From NCBI GenBank assembly GCA_964016885.1, contig OZ024741.1:26536001-26600000 (forward strand): a stretch of DNA of 64,000 nt. The letters run 5' to 3'. The notes under the pieces were generated by a model. It made no database searches and was not told the origin of the DNA. It saw only the letters and a list, made by a program, of their open reading frames with translations. This document shows, in pieces, positions 55,701 through 64,000 of this stretch. Made by a program: the position numbers and the translations under genes. The stretch comes from Eledone cirrhosa (Eukaryota). Each line of letters begins with the position of its first letter. The stretch's first letter is position 1.

Positions 55701-55844
55701 TTTAATATTCTACCATACTATTTCATTCTAATACCATTATAAATTTTAAAGGATTATAAATAAAACGAGTAAATCAGACAAAGTTGGAATTCCTTTTATT
55801 AATATAATCTTCTATACACAATCATACACACCCGTGTATATTTA

Positions 55845-55878
<34 letters not shown>

Positions 55879-56044
55879 CAGGTATATATAAACTAGTAGA
55901 GCAAATATTTATTATTAGCACAGATTAAAAGTTTAAGTAAATAAGATAGAGATTGAACCATGTGCTGATCAATTGCGAAATGCACGTCACACCTGAATAA
56001 AGTTAATGAAAATTTGACACCTCGTCCATGCTTATTATTTTTTG

Positions 56045-56432
56045 GGATTGGTAGTATCGGTAGAGGGTCTGACGCCATGCTTTGCAGCAAAGAGTTACGG
56101 CCCTTTATGATCCGAGTTCAAATCTCGCCGAGGTTAACTTTGCCTTTCATCCTTACGGGGTCGATAAAATAAAGTACCAGTAATGTATTGGGTAATTGCT
56201 GGCCTTGTGCCAAAAGTAGAAACAATTATTTTTTTAATAAAGGGTGGTGGATTGGCAGTATCGGTAGAGGGTTGGACGCCATGCTTTGACGTATAGAATT
56301 ACGGCCCTTGCCATTCTGAGTTCAAATCCCGCCGAGGTTAACTTTGCCTTTCATCCTTACGGAGTCGATAAAATAAAGTATCAGTAATGCACTGGGTAAT
56401 TGCTGGCCTTGTGCCAAAAGTAGAAACAATTA
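56045..56432 (+). mobile_element. Head-to-tail dimer of tRNA-derived SINEs
   Basis: TGGYAGTATCGGTAG (A-box-like), GAGTTCAAATCYC (B-box-like), central CCTTTCATCCTTACGGGGTCGATAAAATAAAGTACCAG resembling the recalled MetaSINE domain, AT-rich tail. Confidence 0.85.
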
Positions 56433-57067
56433 TTTTTTTAATTAAATAAATATATTTATATATATATGAATTTGATGTGATGTCATATATCCAGGTTTTT
56501 AGAATAAATATACTATATCTCTGGCTGTCGTAAGGGACAACTAAAAGGGTTGGTGATAAGAACGGCATTCAGCTATAAAATAGTGTCTCAAAAACATCCT
56601 ATCTAACTCGAGCCAGTATGGAAAAATGGATGTGAATATGATGATGATGAGGTGGTGGTATGGTGGTGGTGATGATGATGATGGATGATGATGAAGATGA
56701 GGTAGTGGTGGTGGTGATGATAATGAGGATGATGGTGATGATGATGATGGTGGTGGTGGTGATGACAACAATGATAGGGATGATGGTGGTGGTGGTGTTG
56801 ATGATGATGGTGGTGGTGGTGTTGTGATGATCATTATGATAATGATGATAGTGATAATGAGGATGATGTTGATGATGTAGATGGAGGTATGACCCTTATG
56901 TGAGTATATATGGTACTTTCTTCCTTTCTATATTTTTGTCTTAAACCTTATTAAAAGACAACTTGAAGAACTCCAGAATATTTTGCAGAGATTTAGGGAG
57001 AGGAAACACTGATCTACTGATGTACTGTGTAGGTTAGTGGACATTTAGTCAATGGAAGTGAGACAAA

Positions 57068-57292
57068 TAATTATTTCTACTTTAAGCACAAGGCCAGCAA
57101 TTTGGGGAGGGGGGAGGAAAGTTGATTAAATTGACCCCAGTGTGTTACTAGTACTTTATTTTATTGACCCCGTAAGGTTGAAAGGCAAAGCTAACCGCTG
57201 GGGATTTAAACTCATAACATAAAGTGCCACAATTCTATGCTGCAAAGCATTTTGTCTGACACTCTACCGATCCACTTCTGCTAATCCACTGC
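57068..57292 (-). mobile_element. tRNA-derived SINE
   Basis: Same family, diverged. Confidence 0.75.
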
Positions 57293-57295
57293 ACC

Positions 57296-57524
57296 TTAAC
57301 CCTTTAGTATTTAACCCGGCCGTATCTGGCCAGAATTCTCTCACCTCTTTCTGTTCAAACCTGCCATAACTAGCTGCTCATACTTATGTTAAGGTATTGT
57401 TCTCAAACTAAACAATATGAAACTCTCATAGATTCAATATTATGTGAGATAATTATATGAAAGAAAGTGTTTACTGTGAAAATACAATAGTAAATATAGA
57501 GTAATGAAAACGGTAAAGGGTTAA
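57296..57524. mobile_element. TTAA-flanked piggyBac-like MITE
   Basis: TTAACCCTTTA ... TAAAGGGTTAA; inverted relative at ~40740-40932. Confidence 0.7.
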
Positions 57525-58829
57525 ATGAAAGAAATAATGAAAGGAAAGAGAAGATAAAAAGAAAAAAAGAGGAGGAAAAGCAGCTCTGTGGACAGACAGT
57601 TGACTTTCTTGAGATATTTTGGATACTTGGGATGTTATTAATAAGAATTAAACATCAATCTAGGAAAAGGTGAGGAGGAGAAATTAGACAGGTAGAAAAA
57701 TATTTTGAACATTTCTCAGGATTCTCCAAAGAAATTGGTGGGAAATAAATATAAAATATTTCTTTATAATTGACATGAAATTAAAATGTTTAATAATTAT
57801 ACAAACTTTATGTGTGTATATGTGTCTATGTAAGTGTGTATGTATGTACACACAAACATATATATACATCCAAGATAAAAAAAGGAAGAAATAGGGAGTG
57901 AGATGGTGAAAGAGAGAGAGATGGAAAGAAAAGAGATATACAAGCATACAAAGAAATTAAAGATAGAATGAGAGTACACACTAATATTTTATACACACAC
58001 ACACATATATATATAGAGAGAGAGAGAAAGTGAAGGGGACATAGGGAGGTGAGAGAGAAAAATAGAGAGAAAGACAGGAAGTGAGACGGGGGGGGGGACA
58101 TAGCGAGGTGAGAGAGAGGAAGTGAGGAGGGGGCATAGAGAGGTGAGAGAGAGGAAGTGAGGAGGGGGACACAGAGAAGTGAGAGAGAACAATAGGGGGA
58201 AAGAGAGAAAGTAAGGGGGACATAGCAGAGAGATAGATATAGGAGAAAGAGAGAGAGAGAGAGAGATGGAGATAATGTTGGCAGTTATCCAATATGTCCA
58301 TTCCATCATTAGAAGCAGCAGAAACAATCTATGAAATCACCATTTCTCAACATTCCCAGACTTAAGATAAACCAAGATGAATAACGGCAGCAACTTGAGA
58401 GAAAACCATTCCAGTCTACAGAATAACCCCTTCCATTTCTCTTCTCCATCTTTGCAAATAAATTAAAGTCTTTTTTTCTTTTCTTTTTGACATTTTTTCT
58501 TTTCATTTCTTAATTTATATTCTTTCTTTCATTCAATAATAGAATTTTTCTCAGAACACCAGACTAGCCAATGTTTAACTCTTTTGATACCAAGCCATGT
58601 AACCCCCCCCCCCCCGCCTTCTATCGTACAAAGCTGAATATTTTAAGTGTTTATATTTATCTAAAAAACAACAACTTTTCATAGTGATTTGAAAGGTGTG
58701 GTAGAAATGGCTTGAGAAAATTAAATTTGAAGAAGACGTGTGTTTGTTTTGAAGAAATTAAATTTTCAGTTCACATATGCACATATATACATACACACAC
58801 ACACACACATATATAGCATTATTATGTAA

Positions 58830-58951
58830 CTTGCCATTCTGAGTTCAAATCCCGCCGAGGTTAACTTTGCCTTTCATCCTTACGGGGTCGATAAAATAAA
58901 GTACCAGTAATGTACTGGGTAATTGCTGGCCTTGTGCCAATAATAGAAACA
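58830..58951 (+). mobile_element. 5'-truncated tRNA-SINE with 9-bp TSD ATTATGTAA
   Basis: TSD at 58821-58829 and 58952-58960. Confidence 0.85.
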
Positions 58952-59042
58952 ATTATGTAAATTCTGTTATATGTAAACACACACAAACACAACACACACG
59001 CATATATACACACATGTATATATATATATATATATACATACA

Positions 59043-59418
59043 TAAGACCCGCCTTCCCTTGCATACAAACCTACAGTCAGTAAGCACCTCTTAACCCAAT
59101 ATACACCCCACCCCACACACCCTACCCCATCCTCCCATTTCCGTCCACTGTCAGTGACAAGAAAAAGCACCCAGTCCACACTGTAAAGTGGTCGTGTAGG
59201 AGACATGGTAAAAAGGCCCCCAGTCCACACTGTAAAGTGGTCGTGTAGGAGACATGGTAAAAAGGCCCCCAGTCCACACTGTAAAGTGGTCGTGTTAGGA
59301 AGAGCATCCAGCCGTAGAAAACCTGCCAGAGACACTTCCGTATGAGCGAGACACGCAGCAAATGGAACGAAACATGCTAGTGTGGAAGATGAACATTAAA
59401 TAATGACGATGATGATGA
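59043..59418 (+). mobile_element. RTE family A-type 3' UTR fragment with ~49-bp tandem module
   Basis: Starts AAGACCCGCCTT (ORF end); CAGTCCACACTGTAAAGTGGTCGTG three times. Confidence 0.8.
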
Positions 59419-59546
59419 CCATAATTATGTCAATTCTGTTGTTATATGTGTACACACACAACACACACACACACATAGCATTATTATGTAAATTCTGTTA
59501 TATGTACACATAACTCTGACTTTGTTGTAAAAATAAACTAACTTAC

Positions 59547-59624
59547 TGCTTGAATGTCTTTAATGTTGTATCCAGCATGATCTAATATGTGAATGGCACC
59601 GTTGTGGGTACCAAGAGCCAAGAA
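59547..59624 (-). CDS. VPS41: VPS41 coding exon (FLALGTHNGAIHILDHAGYNIKDIQA)
   Basis: 78 nt, pyrimidine tract + CAG acceptor, GTAAGT donor, phase 0; continues the previous exon as in VPS41 (FLALGTH.G...LD..G). Confidence 0.93.
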
Positions 59625-59744
59625 CTGGAAAATAAATAATAATATTAAAATACCTGTAAAAACATATACAGTTGTCAATTATAGAAATTTCAAATATGTG
59701 CATTCCAACTCTTCTTCTCCCACTTATTCCTGAGAGGATCATGG

Positions 59745-60590
59745 GGCAGAGTCTTCAACCACTCCTTCTAGTGAGTCCTGTCAGAAGAAACTGTCTCCAA
59801 CTGATCTAGCGGGATCCCTAAGCAAGACCAGCCAAGCTCATGGATGTTATCCATTTTGCTCAGGGTCTACCCCTGGGTCTCCTGCCGGTTGGTTTTTGCC
59901 TGTAAAATCTGTCCAGCAATTCTACATTCTAATCACATGCCCATAGTATCGGAGCTGTGATCTCTCAATTCAGAGAAGTAGCAGCTCTACCTGGAGTGAC
60001 TCTCTGATCTCCAAGCTACACACTATCAAGTAACGTTACTCCAAAGACCCTTCAGAGGGATCCCATTTCAGCTGCTTGTGTATGCTTTCAGTCATTACCC
60101 AAGATTCTTGACCATAGGTAACAATTGGCACGACTACCGAATTGAAGATAGCAAGTTTGGCTATTACACCCTTCTTCTGATTACCAAATGCTGAAGCTGG
60201 TGCATTACTGCGCCAACTCCTGTAATTCTTGCAATTAATTCAGCCTCCTGCCTTCCATCACTTGTGAACACAGCCCCAAAATACTTGAACTTCTCCGCCT
60301 GCTTCAGTGGAACTCCATTCACATGTAGAGTGCACTGTGCAGGCTTCCTTGAGAGGACGAGTGCCTCAGTTTTTGCAGCAATGATTTTCATTCCTGCCAT
60401 GCAGCACTCAGCATCAAACCCATCAAGTGCAAGTTGGAGATCACCTTCTGACATGATAAGTAGTATCATGTTGTCAATTCCAGCCAACTGATTCAACACC
60501 CACCAATCTTGATACCACTTCTAACCTGGCTGCACATGTCATCCTTTTCATGAAAATAATGAACAGGAGGGTCGACAATACACACTCTTG
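59745..60590 (-). pseudogene. Degenerate RT fragment of a third RTE-clade family (Rex3/Expander-like), lacking the PHD insert
   Basis: DLQLALDGFDAEC..AGMKI..AKTE..VLSRK...KFKYFGAVFTSDGRQ..E...RI. Confidence 0.75.
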
Positions 60591-61566
60591 GTAGGGTTTG
60601 CCTGTTAGCAGGGAGCATCCAACCATAGAAACCAAGCCAAAATATAGATCTATATGAGCAAAATGTGGTTCACCTGACCTGACTTGTCTTATAACATGAC
60701 AATCTGTCTAACCTGTGCAAGCATGGAAAATAGACCCAGGAGTAGACCTGAGCAAGATGGTTGGATAACAACCATGACTCGGCTGGTGTGGCTCGGGGAT
60801 CCAGCCGGATCACTTGAAGACATGTACTTCTGAGAGGACCTGTTGGAAGGAGTGTCTGAGGATTCTGCCCCCCGACCCTTCCAGGAATAAGTGGGCATAT
60901 AAGGGGAAGGGGTCATCATGAAAATAGACTACAAATGAAAGGTTTAATTGTCAGAGGATGAGAGAAACATTGAAAGTGGGTGATATCAACCATCTCAATT
61001 AAAGCAATCACTTATATAACTTGACACAATGGATCTCCTTCAGTTACAATGACGAGTGCTCCAGTTGTTTGATCAATGGAACAGTGCAATTCTTCTGACG
61101 GGCTTCCAAACAATTTCTGTCTACCCAATTTCCCTCACAATGGCATGGGTCAACCCTATAATATGGTAAATATATATTTGCCCATAATGCTACACATCAT
61201 CACCATTTAATGTCTTGCATGGGTTAGATACATTATGATACAAGTCTAACCAGTTGACTGTGCTATACCTTGCATTTATTGGGATTGTGTTGTTGGCTGG
61301 GATTTTACTGCTGTGGTGCCCTTCCTAACACCAACCACACTTACCCTGTGGAACTGGGTGGCTATGTTATGAGGAAGGTCTGACCAGTTGGCCACACCAT
61401 ACCCTGCTCACAGCAGAACTATATTTTGGGAGCTGGGTGGTCCCAGCGAGATGGAATTTGGAAGCAAATGTTTGTGAAGTAAACTAGAGAACTTCTTAAC
61501 TATTCAGCCATGCTGTGACAATAAAATAAAATAAACAACAACAAATACAAACAAACCACTACTTAC

Positions 61567-61662
61567 TTTGGAGTGAACTGCCATACAACTTGCAGCATCC
61601 TTGTGGAGAATCTTACTTAAGTCATTCACCAAGCGTTCATATTTCAACTTAGGCTCAGCTTC
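61567..61662 (-). CDS. VPS41: VPS41 coding exon (EAEPKLKYERLVNDLSKILHKDAASCMAVHSK)
   Basis: Manual translation of 96 nt between an AG acceptor and a GTAAGT donor; matches the recalled N-terminal VPS41 motif EPKLKYERL...KDAASCM.VH.K. Confidence 0.93.
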
Positions 61663-61907
61663 CTACAAATGGAAACAGATTTCATTTAGTTTTAATTTTA
61701 GTGTTTTATCATCATCATCATTGTTGTTTAACGTCCATTTTTCACGTTAGCATGGGTTAGATGAGCTGTCCCGTTGTGAGACAACCAGGTTGGGGGACCA
61801 TATTTTGCTCACAGTATGGGAATGGGCAACCCAAACAAAAACATAATTTTTTGTCCGTTCCCTTACATATAGGACTGCCTCGGAAACATAACCCTTTACT
61901 TAATGTT

Positions 61908-61980
61908 GCTGTCTGATGAGATCAGAAGAATGGTTACATAATCAAATAACCATGATTGTCATTGAAATATATATCACAGC
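61908..61980 (+). ncRNA. Type-I hammerhead ribozyme with extended stem II
   Basis: GCUGU-CUGAUGA-...AUGGUUA/UAACCAU...-GAAA-UAUAUA-UC-ACAGC, followed by AATAAA. Confidence 0.68.
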
Positions 61981-62819
61981 TTTATTAATAAAGGACTTTT
62001 TAACATCTACAACTTCGCATTTTCCTCATTCTTATTTGGAAGAAGTAACATGACGTCGAGTGTTTGAACTGAATTGCATCTATATCTAGCATATATATAT
62101 ATATTATTAGATTTACAGAATTAATACCATTTTGACTCTTGGTCAGTTGAGATTAACCTCACAAGTTCAAAGCAAAAATTCTCTTCAGAGTTGTTCACAA
62201 ACATTGTTTCCTTGGTCAGATCTGATGATCAGCTTCTTTCCTATTCCTTTCTAGATTCTTCATATTTCAAGACATTCCAGGTGTAATTTGTGAGAGATTT
62301 AGCTGCTATTTCTAGCAGGTCAATTGACCAAATAGAACCGTCTTGATTATTTGTGAAAAATGTTGGCAAGATTGTTGTGGCTGATCAAATGTATTCCAAC
62401 CATGACCCACCTGTATTTCATTTAATATAATTTATATTTAGAAATACACAATCCAATGAGTTTTTCTTGGAGGGAGTTGATATTTGGTTGCTATTTCTAG
62501 CAGACAGAGTGACCATGTAGAAGCATCCACATTTGTTTGGTTTCTTTGTGTTAGTAATATTGTCGTTGTTTAACCCTAGGTCAACCTTGATTAATCAGAC
62601 ATATGTTCAGAGATATTTCAGATATGACTATGAAAAGCTGATATTTAGTTACTATTTAAGACAGTAACAACAATAAGCAACAATTTATAACAACAACAAC
62701 TGCAATATCAATTTCTTTTGAATTGTCACTTAAAACCAATAAACAACAATATCTATTGTTGTCTCATCAAGTGTGTGTTGTTCTCTCTCTCTTTCTCACT
62801 CCCTCTGTCTCTCTCTCGC

Positions 62820-63240
62820 CCTCATCTCTCACTATTATAAGCAAATGGGAGCCCACATGCTGCCCACCCCGCGGCCCCAGTGGACAAAATAGAGAAGGCA
62901 TTTCCCCAGGGGATAGTGAGGCAGATGTGTAGAAACAGACATTCCAACTCACAAGGCTCACACCTGTGGGTAACCAACTCCATGCCGATGGTGGGGAGTA
63001 GGGAGGTGGCCCAGGCCAAGAACACCAGATGTCTCCACTGCTACGGGTTCAACTGCAAACCAGTCGGAGAGTGATAGATATTTGGAGAGTTTACCCTCCT
63101 TGGCCCAAAGTGCAGCAGAGCCTGGATAGTTGCAGACTGCTCCAGGTTGCCGCTGGAGAAAGTGTTGCATCAGGGCAATGTATCTTTATCTGCATTATCC
63201 AATGTGTCCTGTTTTAAGGGCTTGGCTAGACACAGGTGTA
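62820..63240 (-). pseudogene. Relic of a restriction-like-endonuclease (CRE-like) non-LTR element 3' end
   Basis: GSAA...EGKLSKYLSL...EPVAVETSGVLG resembles the CRE C-terminus; downstream part is also present inverted at ~17260-17400. Confidence 0.5.
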
Positions 63241-63269
63241 TTCACATAATTATACTACATACACATAAT

Positions 63270-64000
63270 TACACTACATACACACACACAATTACACTAC
63301 ATACATACACACAATTACAACACAGTAGACATACACACAATTACAACACAGTAGACACATACACAAAATCACAACACAGTAGACACATACACACAATTAC
63401 AACACAGACATACACACAATTACAACACAGTAGACACATACACACAATCACAACACAGTAGACATACACACAATCACAACACAGTAGACACATACACACA
63501 ATCACAACACAGTAGACATACACACAATCACAACACAGTAGACACATACACACAATTACAATACAGTAGACATACACACAATTACAACACAGTAGACATA
63601 CACACAATCAGAACACTGTAGACATACACACAATCACAACACAGTAGACACATACACACAATTACAACACAGTAGACATACACACAATCACAACACAGTA
63701 GACACATACACACAATTACAATACAGTAGACATACACACAATTACAACACAGTAGACATACACACAATCAGAACACTGTAGACATACACACAATCACAAC
63801 ACAGTAGACATACACACAATTACAATACAGTAGACATACACACAATTACAACACAGTAGACATACACACAATCAGAACACTGTAGACATACACACAATTA
63901 CAACACAGTAGACATACACACAATTACAATACAGTAGACATACACACAATTACAACACTGTAGACACATACACACAATTACAACACTGTAGACATACACA
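63270..64000. repeat. 24-26-bp minisatellite (ACACAATTACAACACAGTAGACAT[AC]) running off the window
   Basis: Direct reading. Confidence 0.93.

Larger units (their letters stand above)
55274..55806. repeat. Near-perfect palindrome (arms ~195 bp, centre 55469), probably inverted Penelope-like pseudo-LTRs
   Basis: Arms are reverse complements with few mismatches; right arm interrupted by a SINE. Confidence 0.92.

Noticed and set aside
56045-56432. tRNA genes
   Set aside because: A/B-box-like motifs belong to multi-copy SINE heads; no cloverleaf recognised
62215-62240. CTGATGA as another hammerhead core
   Set aside because: No suitably placed GAAA or closing stems

Overview
Repeat-dense eukaryotic (animal) DNA; the repeat landscape looks octopod/cephalopod-like (inference). 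The window appears to lie inside a minus-strand VPS41 (HOPS subunit) gene: three clean phase-0 GT-AG exons at 61567-61662, 59547-59624 and 44567-44641. I found no further exon between 44566 and 1, implying a >44 kb intron or a missed exon. The introns hold two apparently intact single-ORF RTE-clade LINEs in opposite orientation (30470-33757 minus; 50632-53862 plus), each with a C4HC3 PHD-type finger inside the RT region. They also hold many truncated copies and tail-only derivatives, tRNA-derived SINEs, a non-autonomous Helitron, TA- and TTAA-type MITEs, and several kb-scale minisatellites. Most interesting: (1) a ~530 bp palindrome carrying a minimal type-I hammerhead ribozyme on each strand (55274-55806), plus one further good and one degenerate hammerhead; (2) the inverted near-identical LINE pair bracketing an in-frame VPS41 exon; (3) the PHD-containing RT; (4) a LINE 3' UTR apparently built from SINE-shared modules that amplify in tandem. 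Nearly all other ORFs in the track are microsatellite or antisense artefacts. Repeat boundaries are read by eye and approximate.
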